Below, one piece after another: positions 10,737 through 21,113 of a DNA stretch of 64,000 nucleotides. The translations under genes and the position numbers were made by a program. Under the pieces are notes generated by a model. It was not told the origin of the DNA. It was given only the letters and a program-made list of their open reading frames with translations, and made no database searches. The stretch's first letter is position 1; the number at the start of each line of letters is the position of its first letter. The stretch comes from an uncultured Candidatus Rokubacteria bacterium (GTDB taxonomy: Bacteria > Methylomirabilota > Methylomirabilia > Rokubacteriales > CSP1-6), in NCBI GenBank assembly GCA_963789955.1, contig CAWBMV010000034.1, positions 320,001-384,000 of the forward strand, written 5' to 3'.

Positions 10737-12710
10737 TCAGAGCGACGCGATCAGGCGAGCGAGCTCGGGATACTCCTGCCGTACCGCGGCCGCGTCCTCT
10801 TTGAGGAGCCGCAGCGCTTCGGGGACGTGTTTCAGGAAGTATTTCTTGCCCTTCACGACCGAGAGAAATCCGTAGGCGCCCAGGGCCTGCATGTGGCGCT
10901 GGAGCCGGCACGCGACCAGGCTGTCCCGGAACGCCCGCTCGTCGAACGTCCGCTCCTGATCGGCCTTCATCTCGTCCAGGTAGTAGGCGAGTAGCCGCTC
11001 GCGCATCCCGTCGTCCAGCCGATAGTACGGATCCCAGAGCACCGACGCGATGTCGTACGCGGGCGGCGCCAGCCGTGCGCCCTGATAGTCGATGATGCGA
11101 GGCCCGCCGGCGTGGACCATGATGTTCTGGCACTGGAAATCGCGGTGGATGACGACCTTCGGCTTGGCGAAGACGGATTGAGCCAGACGATGGAGCGCCT
11201 CGTCGACCGCCGGGCGGCGCTCGATCGGGAGCTTCGCGAGTCCGGTGACGAAGCGATCGAGGAAGTACGTCGTCTCCCACCGGAGGTAGTCGTAGTCGAA
11301 GATCCGCGCTTCCAGGAGCGGGCACTCGCTGACGTGCGCCGTGGCCGTCGTGTGCAAGGTCACGAGGCTCCGGAGCACGTCCCGGTACATGCTCTCGACG
11401 CTCTCGTGATCGCGCGGAAGCTTCAGATACGCGTAGAGCGACGTGTCGCCGAGGTCCTCGAACAGCGCGCGCTTGTTCTCGCCGTCCTCCGTGAGGAGCG
11501 CGGGCACCGGGACCGTGTGCCGAGCGAAGAAGCGCGTGTACGCGAGATGCCGCTCGAAGTCCGGGTCCTCCGGCCGGCATTCCATCAAAATCGCCGTCCA
11601 GTGGTCGTGACGCACGCGGTAGTACCGCCGGTCGGACCCGCCGAGCCCGACGAGAATCGCGTCGGACCACGCGGATGCCGCGGGCGCCGGGCCGCGTCCG
11701 ACGCCGGGCCGCGTCCTGAAGTGCCGCGCGAACAGCGGATCGCTCAGCGACACCCGTTTCTTGTCGGCGGCGTGAATCGACGGCTGCATGTCGGCTTCGG
11801 AGAGGGAGATCTCGTAGTCGGGTCCGACGATCGAGTTCTCGTGATCGCCCGTGGCATCGGCGCCCGGCATCAGGATGCAGTTCCTGACGCGCGCGCCGTC
11901 ACGGATCTGGCTGCCGGACTCGAGCACGACGTAGCCGTCGATCTCGACCTTGCCGCAGCGTGCGCTCGGCGCGAGATAGACGGTCTCGCCGCTCTCCCGC
12001 AGCGCGTCGAGCACACCACGCGCGTAGGTGGCGGGGTCTCCCACGTCGTTCCAGTAGGCGCCGGTGACGTCCATCGCCCGGACCTTGAGCCCGGCTTTCG
12101 AAGCCGCGACCCAGGCGACCGTGGCATGCGAGACGCCGGCGGGAAGAAACCGGAGAATCTCCGGCGAATAGACCGCGATGCCGGTGTAGGCGACCTTGTC
12201 CGCGATGTGGGAGGGATCCGGACGCGAGGCTCCCGGATTCTCGACGTCCAGCACCTGACCGTGCGCGTCGATGACCACGTTGCTCAGACGGGGCACCCGA
12301 TGACAGACGAGCGTCGCGGTATTGCCCGATGCGAGGTGCTCCTCGACCAGCCGGGCGAAATCGATATCGAGGAGGATGTCGGAGTTGTGGACGATGAACG
12401 GACGGCGCGCCAGCATCGACTCCGCGTTCTTGAGCGCGCCGCCGGTTCCGAGGATGGGATCCTCGGGGAAGAAGACGATGCGGTCGCTCCAGGGCGACGC
12501 CGCGGCCCAGGCACGGAGGAGATCGGCCTTCCAGTGCAGGTTGATCCCGATCTTTCCGTCGCACACCGGGGCGAGCCTGTTCAGGATGCGCTCGATGATC
12601 GGCGTTCCGAGGATCGGCAAGAGTGGCTTGGGCAGGTGACTCGTGGCGGGTCGGAGCCGCTCGCCGAATCCCGCCGCCGGAAGGAAGACGTCGAGGGGAT
12701 ACTCGGGCAT
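10737..12710 (-). CDS. Fused nucleotidyltransferase (MurU-like) and phosphotransferase (AmgK/APH-like)
   Basis: N-terminal AAGFGERLRPAT..LPKPLL and LGTGGALK; C-terminal GSDRRYYRV, HRDFQCQNIM, IIDYQ...YDIASVLWDPY, LQRHMQALGAYGFL. Confidence 0.85.
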   Translation of the reverse strand: MPEYPLDVFLPAAGFGERLRPATSHLPKPLLPILGTPIIERILNRLAPVCDGKIGINLHWKADLLRAWAAASPWSDRIVFFPEDPILGTGGALKNAESMLARRPFIVHNSDILLDIDFARLVEEHLASGNTATLVCHRVPRLSNVVIDAHGQVLDVENPGASRPDPSHIADKVAYTGIAVYSPEILRFLPAGVSHATVAWVAASKAGLKVRAMDVTGAYWNDVGDPATYARGVLDALRESGETVYLAPSARCGKVEIDGYVVLESGSQIRDGARVRNCILMPGADATGDHENSIVGPDYEISLSEADMQPSIHAADKKRVSLSDPLFARHFRTRPGVGRGPAPAASAWSDAILVGLGGSDRRYYRVRHDHWTAILMECRPEDPDFERHLAYTRFFARHTVPVPALLTEDGENKRALFEDLGDTSLYAYLKLPRDHESVESMYRDVLRSLVTLHTTATAHVSECPLLEARIFDYDYLRWETTYFLDRFVTGLAKLPIERRPAVDEALHRLAQSVFAKPKVVIHRDFQCQNIMVHAGGPRIIDYQGARLAPPAYDIASVLWDPYYRLDDGMRERLLAYYLDEMKADQERTFDERAFRDSLVACRLQRHMQALGAYGFLSVVKGKKYFLKHVPEALRLLKEDAAAVRQEYPELARLIASL

Positions 12711-12828
12711 CCTCACGAGCTTATCGCTCGGCGTCGCTCGGAGCACCATGAAACCGGACCGTCACGACGCGGAGCCGCGAGGGACCGCTCGACGCGTCGG
12801 CCCCTCGCGGCGCGCGCAGGCGGGGCGG

Positions 12829-13503
12829 CTACTTCACGTTCTGGCGAAAGAACCCAAGGGTGCGCTTCCAGGCGTCGGCGGCGGCGGCCTTGTTGTAGAC
12901 GTCCGGTCGGTCGTCGTTGAAGAATCCGTGGTCCACACCCGGGTAGATGTTGATCTCGGACTGCTTGCCGGCCTTCTTGATGGCCGCGTCGGTGTCCTTG
13001 GCGACCTGAGGGGTCACGAACCCGTCCTTTTCCGCGAAGAGGCCGAGCACCGGCCCGGTCAGCTTCGTGTAGTCGGGCTTCACGTTCGGATGGATCCCGT
13101 AGAAATTGACGCACGCGGACACCGACGGGTTGAGCGTGGCGGCGTAGAGCGCCAGCTGGCCGCCCATGCAGAAGCCCACGGCGCCGATCTTCTTCGTCGA
13201 GGACTGTCCCAGGAGGTAGGTCGCCGCGCCTCGGAGGTCACGCTCGGCCTGCGCGATGTTGAGCGCCATGAAGAGCTTGCCGGCGCCGTCCGGCTCGGTG
13301 GCGGTCTTGCCGTGGTACATGTCGGGCGCGAGCGCCGTGAATCCTTCCGCGGCGAATCGGTCGCACACGCTCTTGATGTGACCGACGAGCCCCCACCACT
13401 CCTGGAGCACCAGCACGCCCGGTCCCTTGCCGGCGGCGGGCGTCGCCAGGTATCCGGCGGTCTTGCTGCCGTTCGACGCGAACTCGATCATGCTTCCAGC
13501 CAT
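12829..13503 (-). CDS. Dienelactone hydrolase family protein
   Basis: GVLVLQEWWGL, GAVGFCMGG nucleophile elbow, YPGVDHGF; RBS ggag before ATG 13503. Confidence 0.92.
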   Translation of the reverse strand: MAGSMIEFASNGSKTAGYLATPAAGKGPGVLVLQEWWGLVGHIKSVCDRFAAEGFTALAPDMYHGKTATEPDGAGKLFMALNIAQAERDLRGAATYLLGQSSTKKIGAVGFCMGGQLALYAATLNPSVSACVNFYGIHPNVKPDYTKLTGPVLGLFAEKDGFVTPQVAKDTDAAIKKAGKQSEINIYPGVDHGFFNDDRPDVYNKAAAADAWKRTLGFFRQNVK

Positions 13504-13514
13504 GGGCAATCTCC

Positions 13515-14780
13515 TTATGAGCTGCTGGTGCCGGGAACCGGCAGGTTGATGGCGGAGACCGGAGCGATCTTCACCGAGATGACGCGCCGGGCGTCGGACT
13601 CGAGGACGGTGATCGAGTAACCCGCGATCTGAAACTCTTCGCCGGCTCGCGGGATCCGGTGCAGGGTCGCCAGCACGAGCCCGGCGACCGTCTCGTAATC
13701 GCGCTTGGGCAGGCTCCAGTCGAGCGCCTCGTTGAGCTCGTCGATGTTCGCACGCGCGGCGACCCGGTAGCTCCCGTCGGGCAGGCGCTCGGCCGGCGCC
13801 GCCGCGCGCTCGTGCTCGTCGTGGATGTCGCCCACGATCTGCTCGAGGATGTCCTCGAGCGTCACGACGCCGGTCGACCCGCCGTATTCGTCGACGACGA
13901 CCGCCATGTGCGTGCGATTGCGCTGCATCTCGCGGAGCAAATCGTCGATGCGCTTGGTTTCGGGCACATAGTACGGCGGGCGCTTGAGCTCGTCCAGGGT
14001 CCGGACGGCGGCGCCGCGGCTCAGGATGTCCTTCGCGCCGACCACGCCCACGATATTGGTCTCGCGCTGCCGGAAGATCGGCACCCGCGAGAAGCCCCGG
14101 TCCATGATGAACGCGACCGCGTCGCGCGGTGTGGCCGTGTCGGCGAGCATGGCGACCTCGACCAGCGGCACCATGACCTCGCGCACCGTCGTGTCGCCCA
14201 GGTCGAAGATCTTGTCGATCAGCTGGGCCTCGATCGTCGTCACGTCGGCCTCGCCGGGCTCGAGCTGGAGCAGCGCCTTCAGCTCCTCGCGCGAGACGAA
14301 GGCGCGCATGTCGGCCTGCTGGCCGCCGAACATCCTCAAGATCGCGCCGACGACGACGTTCGCGAACAACACGAACGGCACGAGCAAGACGGCCGCCCAG
14401 GTCAACGGCCGGTACAAGCGCAGAATCAGGCTGGTCGCCCATTCGCGCGCGACCGCTTTCGGAATGATCTCACCGACGACGAGCATCACCGGCGTCAACA
14501 AGATCGTCACCACGATCGGCGCCATCCCGCCGAGCACCGGCAGGAGGAGCCACGTCACCGCCGAGGCGGCGACGATGTGGCAGATCGTCACGCCGATCAT
14601 CGCGGTCGACAGCACGCGCTCGGGCTGGCGAAACGCCTCGAGGTAGCTCTGGGCCGTGCCGTTGCCTTCCTCGGCGAGATACCGGAGGCGGAGGCGATTG
14701 GCGGCGATGAAGGCCATCTCGGCCGCCGAGAAGAACATCGTGAAGATCAGGCACACGACGGCCAGCCAGATCAGGCTCAC
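13515..14780 (-). CDS. CNNM (DUF21)/CBS/CorC-HlyC hemolysin-family protein
   Basis: FFSAAEMAF, GEIIPK, REVMVP, VVDEYGGSTGVVTLEDILE. Confidence 0.92.
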   Translation of the reverse strand: MSLIWLAVVCLIFTMFFSAAEMAFIAANRLRLRYLAEEGNGTAQSYLEAFRQPERVLSTAMIGVTICHIVAASAVTWLLLPVLGGMAPIVVTILLTPVMLVVGEIIPKAVAREWATSLILRLYRPLTWAAVLLVPFVLFANVVVGAILRMFGGQQADMRAFVSREELKALLQLEPGEADVTTIEAQLIDKIFDLGDTTVREVMVPLVEVAMLADTATPRDAVAFIMDRGFSRVPIFRQRETNIVGVVGAKDILSRGAAVRTLDELKRPPYYVPETKRIDDLLREMQRNRTHMAVVVDEYGGSTGVVTLEDILEQIVGDIHDEHERAAAPAERLPDGSYRVAARANIDELNEALDWSLPKRDYETVAGLVLATLHRIPRAGEEFQIAGYSITVLESDARRVISVKIAPVSAINLPVPGTSSS

Positions 14781-16054
14781 GCCGCCGCCTCCTTCGCGGG
14801 CTTCTTGAGCGACACCAGCACCTCGACGATGCGCGTGCGCTCCACCTTTTCGACCGTCAGCTGGAGCTCGGCGGTCTCGGCGCGCTCGGCCCGGCGCGGG
14901 ACGCGCCCGAAGAGGTCGAGGACCCAGCCGCCCACCGTGTCGTAGCCCTCGTTGGAGATCTTGAGCCCGGTCGCGGCGTTCAGCTGCTCGATCGGCAGCT
15001 TACCGGCCACCCGATACGTCGTCGCGTCCACTCGCTGGATCAGCCGCTCGGGCTCGTCGTACTCGTCGGCGATCTCGCCCACGAGCTCCTCGAGCAGGTC
15101 TTCGAGCGTGACCAGGCCGGCGGTGCCGCCGTACTCGTCGACGACGATCGCCATCTGCACGCGCTTGGCCTGAAACTCCTGGAGCAGCGCGTCGGCACGC
15201 TTGGACTCCGGAACGAAATACGGTGGATGCAGGTGCGCGCGCAGATCGAAATCCGGCGGCAGGCCCTCCATGAACGGAAGGAGGTCCTTGGCATAGAGGA
15301 TTCCCACGATGACGTCGATCGCGCCCTCGTACACGGGGACCCGCGAGTGCAGATGCTCCCGGAGCGCCGGCAGAATCTCGGCCGTCGGCGTCTCGACGTC
15401 GAGGCACACCATATCTGTGCGCGGCACCATGACCGAACGAACCAGGGTGTCCTCGAGCTCGAACACCTTGTGGATCATCTCGCGCTCTTCGCGCTCCACC
15501 ACACCCTCGCTGGCGCCCACGTCGACGAGGGTCCGCAGCTCCTCCTCGCTGAGCGTGGCTTGCTCGGTGCGGCCGCGGCTGACGATTCGCACCATCAGCG
15601 CGGTCAGGCCCGTCAGGGTCGCCCGGGCCGGCGCCAGGAGCACACCGAGCCAGGCCACCGGAGGGCCGGCGATGGCGAGAAACCGCTCGGGATATTTGAC
15701 CGCCAGGGTCATCGGCAAGACTTCACCGAAGGTCGTGAGGACGAACACCAGCACGATGATCTCGACGAAAAGGCCCACGGTCGGGCCGAAGATGCTGTCG
15801 GCGATCGTCGCGGCCAGCGCGGCGGCCCCGATGTTGATCACGGTGATGCCGACCAGCAGGGTCACGAGCAGCTCGTGCGGGCGCTCGATGAGAGGCTTCG
15901 GCTCGCCCACGGGCTCGTCTTCGTCCTTCGGGGCGACGTGCTTGAGCCGGGCGCGGCCGAGCGAGAAGTAGGCGGCCTCGGCGCCGGTGAGGATCGCCGA
16001 GCAGACGATCAGCACGCAGAGCGCGAAGAACTTGAGACCGAAGCCCTCAGGCAC
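14777..16054 (-). CDS. CNNM (DUF21)/CBS/CorC-HlyC hemolysin-family protein, second copy
   Basis: [57 protein letters not shown]. Confidence 0.92.
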   Translation of the reverse strand: MPEGFGLKFFALCVLIVCSAILTGAEAAYFSLGRARLKHVAPKDEDEPVGEPKPLIERPHELLVTLLVGITVINIGAAALAATIADSIFGPTVGLFVEIIVLVFVLTTFGEVLPMTLAVKYPERFLAIAGPPVAWLGVLLAPARATLTGLTALMVRIVSRGRTEQATLSEEELRTLVDVGASEGVVEREEREMIHKVFELEDTLVRSVMVPRTDMVCLDVETPTAEILPALREHLHSRVPVYEGAIDVIVGILYAKDLLPFMEGLPPDFDLRAHLHPPYFVPESKRADALLQEFQAKRVQMAIVVDEYGGTAGLVTLEDLLEELVGEIADEYDEPERLIQRVDATTYRVAGKLPIEQLNAATGLKISNEGYDTVGGWVLDLFGRVPRRAERAETAELQLTVEKVERTRIVEVLVSLKKPAKEAAA

Positions 16055-17075
16055 GGGCGTGTCCCGTCACGAAGTGCTCGAACCCGGGCCGGACGGGCAC
16101 GGCGCGTCCCGCCGCATCGAGATACCGGATGCCCTCGGCGCCGCTCGTCATGTGACCCACCGCGGTGAGCTTCGTCCCGGTCGCGCGCGCGAGGCCGCCG
16201 GCCAGGCGATCGAACGCGTCGGGCGAGGTGGTGAGGAGAAGCTCGTAGTCTTCTCCTCCCCCGGTGGCCCAGGCCAGCGCGTCACGATCGAGCGCTCGCG
16301 CCACGACGTACACCGACGGCTCCAGCGGAACCCGTCCGAGATCGACCCGTGCTCCGGTCCCGCTCTCCTCGCACAGATGGCCGAGGTCGGTGGCCAGGCC
16401 GTCCGAGAGATCCATCATCGAGGTGACTCCGCCGGCCTCGGATAGCCATTGCCCCTCGCGCGTCCGCGGGCGCGGCCGCAGGTGTGCGGCGGTCACGTCG
16501 GCGCGCGCCTCGCCCGCGATACCGGCGGGCGCGGGAGTGGCCTCCAGGAGTGCCAGGCCGGCCGCGGAGCGCCCGAGCGAACCGGTGACCGCGATGACGT
16601 CTCCGACGCGCGCGGTCGACCTGAGGAGGGGGGCGTGCACGGCCTCACCGAGCAAGGTCACGTTGATGATCCAGCCCCCGGGAGACGCCGACGTGTCCCC
16701 ACCGACGATCGCGACGTCGTGCTCGGTTGCGATGGCCTGGACGCCCGAATAGAACGCCTCCGCGTCGTCGACGGTCACCGTCTCCGGGCAGGCCAGCGCG
16801 ATCAGGCCCCACCGCGGGCGTCCGCCCATCGCCGCGATGTCCGAGAGGTTCACCGCGAGCGATTTCCAGCCGATGTCCATGGGCGTGGCCCAGCGGCGGC
16901 GGAAGTGCACGTCCTCGATCAGCAGATCGGTGGTGGCCAGCAAGAGGCTCCCCGCGGCCGGTTCCAGCACCGCGCAGTCGTCACCGATTCCCACCCGGAC
17001 CGCTGGCGCCCGCCCGGCCGCCCGCCGGATGATCTCGATCAGGCGTCGCTCGGTCGCTGCTCCGGGCTCACTCAT
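16047..17075 (-). CDS. thiL: Thiamine-monophosphate kinase
   Basis: [38 protein letters not shown]. Confidence 0.95.
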   Translation of the reverse strand: MSEPGAATERRLIEIIRRAAGRAPAVRVGIGDDCAVLEPAAGSLLLATTDLLIEDVHFRRRWATPMDIGWKSLAVNLSDIAAMGGRPRWGLIALACPETVTVDDAEAFYSGVQAIATEHDVAIVGGDTSASPGGWIINVTLLGEAVHAPLLRSTARVGDVIAVTGSLGRSAAGLALLEATPAPAGIAGEARADVTAAHLRPRPRTREGQWLSEAGGVTSMMDLSDGLATDLGHLCEESGTGARVDLGRVPLEPSVYVVARALDRDALAWATGGGEDYELLLTTSPDAFDRLAGGLARATGTKLTAVGHMTSGAEGIRYLDAAGRAVPVRPGFEHFVTGHARA

Positions 17076-17636
17076 CCGGAGAGGAAATTCCTCAGAAGCT
17101 GCTTTCCCTCGATCGTCAGGATCGACTCGGGATGGAATTGGACGCCCTCGACCGGGTCGCGCCGATGGCGAAGGCCCATGATCTCGCCGTCCTCGGCCCA
17201 TGCCGTCACTTCCAGCGCGTCGGGTACCGTGTCGCGGATGACCGCGAGCGAGTGATAGCGCGTGGCGACGAAGGGGTTGCCGAGACCGGCGAAGACGCCG
17301 CGCCCGTCGTGACGGATCGCCGAGGTCTTGCCGTGCATCTGCGTCTTCGCGCGCGAGACCGTGGCGCCGTACGCCTGCCCGATCGACTGGTGACCGAGGC
17401 AGACGCCGAGAATCGGCGTCGTCGGCACCGAGCCGGCGGATGACCTCGAGCGACACGCCCGCCTGATCGGGGTTGCCGGGGCCGGGGGAGATCACCACCC
17501 GCTCCGGCTTCTTGGCGACGATCTCGTCGCAGCTGAGCGCATCGTTGCGGACGACTTCGAGCGTCGCGCCGAGCTCGCCCAGATACTGGACGAGGTTGTA
17601 CGTGAAGGAGTCGTAGTTGTCGATGACGAGGATCAT
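17072..17636 (-). CDS. trpG: Anthranilate/aminodeoxychorismate synthase component II (apparent frameshift near 17430)
   Basis: [48 protein letters not shown] across two frames. Confidence 0.92.
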
Positions 17637-19140
17637 CGTTCGGTCCCCGCCGCCAGCCGGAGCGCCAGGATCATCCCGCGTGCCTTGGAGCAGGTCTCGA
17701 GCCACTCGGTCTTCGGGTCCGAGTCGGCGACGATGCCGGCGCCCACCTGCACGGAGGCGCGCCGGCCGTGGCACACGATGGTGCGGATGGTGATGCAGGA
17801 GTCGAGGTTACCCGAGTAGGACACGTAACCGACGGCGCCGCCGTAGGGCCCCCGCTGAGTCGGCTCCAGATGGTCGATGATCTCCATCGCGCGGATCTTC
17901 GGTGCACCGCTCAAGGTGCCGGCCGGGAAGGAGGCCTGGAGCACGTCGAGCGCGTCGCTTCCGGACTTGAGCTTGCCGGTCACGTGACTCACCAGGTGCA
18001 TCACATGGGAGTAGCGCTCGATCTCCATGAACTCGGTGACCTTGACCGAGCCGAGCTCGGAGACACGGCCGACGTCGTTCCGCCCGAGGTCGACCAGCAT
18101 GACGTGCTCGGCGCGCTCCTTGGGATCGTTCTTCAGCCGCTCCTCGATCTCGCGGTCCTCGGTTTCGGTGGCGCCGCGCGGGTGTGTGCCGGCGATCGGT
18201 CTCAGATCGACCCGATCGCCCTCGACCCGCACCAGGACCTCGGGGGACGAGCCCACGATGGACATCGGGCCCAGCCGCAAGAGGAAGAGGTACGGGGACG
18301 GGTTGATCGTTCGGAGCGCGCGATAGACCGTGAACGGATCGGCGGTGAGGCGGCAGTCCAAGCGTCGCGAGAGCACGATCTGGTAGGCGTCGCCGGCCGC
18401 GATGAACTCCTTCGCCTTGTGCACGGCGTCGACGAACTGCGACTCGTTCATGGTCGAGGTGAACCCTGCCTCGCCCTCGGCCAGGAGCGGTGCGGCCGCC
18501 GGGAGTGAGAACGTCGCCGGCGCCCTCGCCGGCCGCGCGAGCTTGGCGAGCGTCATTCCGATGCGAACCGCGGCGCGATCGTAGGCTCGGTCCAGGGCCG
18601 CGGGGTCGTGCCGCTCGATCACCGCGTTGGCGATGACGAGCAGCCGGTGACGAAGGTTATCGAAGACGAGCAAGGTATCGGTGAAAAGGAACACCGCGTC
18701 CGGCAGGTCGAGGTCGTCTTCGGTGGTGCGCGGCAGCCGCTCCATGTGGTGAACCATGTCGTACGCGAGAAACCCGACCGCGCCGCCCTGGAATCTCGGC
18801 AGCCCCGGGTACCGACACGGGCTGGAACTGCTTGAGAAGCTCGCGGACGGCGGCGAGCGGATTACCTTCCGGCAACCGCTCGGTCCGGCCGTCGCGGCTG
18901 AGTGTGAGCCGGCCGTTCTTCGCGGTGAGGACCATCAACGGATCCGCGCCGAGGAACGAATAACGCGCCCAGACCGAACCGCCCTCGACGGATTCGAGCA
19001 GGAACGAGTACGGGCCGGGCCGCAGACGGAGATAGGCCGAGAGCGGCGTGTCGAGATCGGCTGGGAGCTCGGCAAACACGGGCACAAGATTCCCGTGTGC
19101 CGCGAGAGCCCGAAACTCCTCACGGCTCGGAGAAAGGGAC
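17633..19140 (-). CDS. trpE: Anthranilate synthase component I (frameshift near 18800; start uncertain)
   Basis: [17 protein letters not shown]...[53 protein letters not shown]. Confidence 0.92.
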
Positions 19141-19187
19141 GGGATGCCTACGCCGGCGGTACTGATGCAGACCCCGTTGGGGGCGCG

Positions 19188-19517
19188 CTACGCGAGGGCG
19201 TCCAGCTTTGCTTGGAGCTTGGCCTTGGGTACCGCGCCGATCACCTGATCGGAGACCTTGCCCTGCTTCACGAGCAGGATGGTCGGGATCGAGCGGATCC
19301 CGTATCGCGCCGCAAGCCCGGGGTTCTCGTCGACGTTGACCTTGGCGAGCGTGATCTTGCCCGCGGACTCCTTCGCCAGGTCCTCCAGAACCGGCGCGAT
19401 CGCGTGGCACGGGCCGCACCACTCAGCCCAGAAGTCCACCATCATGATTCCGGTTTCACGGCTGATCGCCGCGTCGAAATTATCTTCGGTCAGGTGGACG
19501 GTCTCGGGGTTGGCCAT
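19188..19517 (-). CDS. trxA: Thioredoxin
   Basis: VDFWAEWCGPC, IRSIPT; RBS gaggag before ATG 19517. Confidence 0.97.
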   Translation of the reverse strand: MANPETVHLTEDNFDAAISRETGIMMVDFWAEWCGPCHAIAPVLEDLAKESAGKITLAKVNVDENPGLAARYGIRSIPTILLVKQGKVSDQVIGAVPKAKLQAKLDALA

Positions 19518-19549
19518 GTGCCGGTCTCCTCGGTAAAAAGTCAACGTCT

Positions 19550-19578
19550 ACGCTAACATGGCGACCCCGCTCACGCAA
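19550..19578 (-). promoter_or_regulatory. Candidate sigma70 promoter for trxA-trpE
   Basis: TTGCGT-17 nt-TAGCGT on the minus strand, with TG just upstream of the -10. Confidence 0.45.
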
Positions 19579-19651
19579 GCCGCCCGTTGCCGGAAACCTT
19601 TATATAGCTTGTCAGTTTGACATGTTGACCATGCTAGAGTCGGTTAAGGCC

Positions 19652-21004
19652 ATGGAAGTCGCCAAGATCCTCGTCGTCGACGACGAACCCTCGATCCTGA
19701 AACTCCTGAAGGAAGCCCTTACGCAGTGGGGCTACCAGGTCGGATGCGTCGGCACCGGAACTGAGGCGCTCGAAGCGATCCGCACCGAGTTGTACGACGC
19801 CGCGATCACCGATATCCGGATGCCGGAGATGAGCGGCCTCGATCTGCTGCGCGAGATCAAGCGCCACGATGAATCCATCGAGGTCATCGTGATGACGGGC
19901 TACCCGACGATCGCCTCCGCCGTCGAAGCTCTCAAGGAAGGCGCGTACGACTACCTGTCCAAGCCGCTGATCCTCGACGAGCTGCGCCATCTGATGGCGC
20001 GGGTGACGGAGCGGCGATTCCTGAAGGGCGAGGTGCAGTCGCTCCGCACGCGTCTGGGCGAAGAGCTCACCGTGAACGAGCTCGTCGGCAACGCGCCTCC
20101 GATGCAGCGGGTGAAGGAGATCATCAGCAAGGTCGCCACGACGGACTCGCCGGTCCTCATCGAGGGCGAGAGCGGAACCGGCAAAGAGCTGGTGGCCGCC
20201 GCGATTCATCGGCTCTCCGGTCGCGCCAAGGGCCCCTTCATCCCGGTGAACTGCAGCGCCATCCCGGAGGACCTGCTCGAGTCGGAGTTCTTCGGTCACG
20301 TCCGCGGGGCCTTCTCGGGCGCCGTCTCCGACGCGCTCGGCCTCTTCCGCGGCGCCAACGAGGGCACGATCTTCCTGGACGAGATCGCCGAGCTGTCTCC
20401 CGGTCTGCAGGTGAAGCTGCTGCGCGTGCTGCAGGAGATGCAGGTGCGGCCGGTCGGCTCGACGAAGGCGCATCCGGTGGACGTGCGCGTCATCGCGGCG
20501 ACGAACCGGGATCTCGATCGTTCGATCGCCGACGGTCGATTCCGCCAGGACCTCTACTACCGGCTGAACGTCGTTCGGGTGAGCCTGCCGCAGCTGCGGA
20601 CCCGTCGCGAGGACATCCCGGCCCTCGTCAACCACTTCCTCCGCCGTTACAACCGACGGTTCAGGCGGGACGTGAAGGGCATCACCCAGGACGCCCTGGC
20701 CGCGCTCGCCGCCTACGATTTCCCGGGTAACGTGCGTGAGCTCGAGAACGTCATCGAGCGGGCTTTCGCAATGGGGGCTCGAGAGCAGATCACCTTGACC
20801 GACTTGCCGGTCCTCGGCACGGCCTCGGTGCCGGCGGTCGCCGCTCCGGCCAGTGGGTCGGTACCCCGACTGGCTGACGTCGAGAAGGACCTGATCTTGA
20901 GAGCCCTGTCCTTCTACAAGGACGACAAGGAGGCGGCTGCGAGCGCGCTGGGGATCTCCAGAAGGACGATTTACCGTCGGCTGAAGGAGTACGGGATGCT
21001 CTAA
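19652..21004 (+). CDS. Sigma54-dependent response regulator (NtrC/AtoC family: REC, AAA+, Fis-type HTH)
   Basis: ILVVDDE, DIRMP, GESGTGKE, ESEFFGHVRGAFSGA, FRQDLYYRLNV, PGNVREL, LGISRRTIYRRL. Confidence 0.95.
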   Translation: MEVAKILVVDDEPSILKLLKEALTQWGYQVGCVGTGTEALEAIRTELYDAAITDIRMPEMSGLDLLREIKRHDESIEVIVMTGYPTIASAVEALKEGAYDYLSKPLILDELRHLMARVTERRFLKGEVQSLRTRLGEELTVNELVGNAPPMQRVKEIISKVATTDSPVLIEGESGTGKELVAAAIHRLSGRAKGPFIPVNCSAIPEDLLESEFFGHVRGAFSGAVSDALGLFRGANEGTIFLDEIAELSPGLQVKLLRVLQEMQVRPVGSTKAHPVDVRVIAATNRDLDRSIADGRFRQDLYYRLNVVRVSLPQLRTRREDIPALVNHFLRRYNRRFRRDVKGITQDALAALAAYDFPGNVRELENVIERAFAMGAREQITLTDLPVLGTASVPAVAAPASGSVPRLADVEKDLILRALSFYKDDKEAAASALGISRRTIYRRLKEYGML

Positions 21005-21084
21005 ATAGCACACCTGTTGCCGAACTGACACCTCTCCGTGTCTGTCGTCGAAGAAAGTCCCTGATCTTCAAGCCCCTTCCGGAT

Positions 21085-21100
21085 TGGCACCCCTGCTGCA
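21085..21100 (+). promoter_or_regulatory. Sigma54 -24/-12 promoter
   Basis: TGGCAC-CCCTG-CTGCA (GG-N10-GC), 14 nt before ATG 21114. Confidence 0.65.
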
Positions 21101-21113
21101 GATGCTTCGAGCC

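Noticed and set aside
12774..12811. Hairpin gccgcgaggg...ccctcgcggc as an ncRNA
   Set aside because: Short GC stem with no other support; at most a terminator-like or REP-like element
13515..16054. Tandem CNNM/CBS genes as a novel system
   Set aside because: Paired hemolysin-family CBS genes are common in many bacteria
12829..17774. Apparent fusion ORFs 12829-14442 and 16047-17774
   Set aside because: Artefacts of upstream open frames; real starts are at 13503 (hydrolase) and 17075 (thiL)
19085..19188. trxA-trpE readthrough fusion or trp attenuator
   Set aside because: trpE is in frame with the trxA TAG and lacks a clear start, but an indel is more likely; no Trp-rich leader peptide seen
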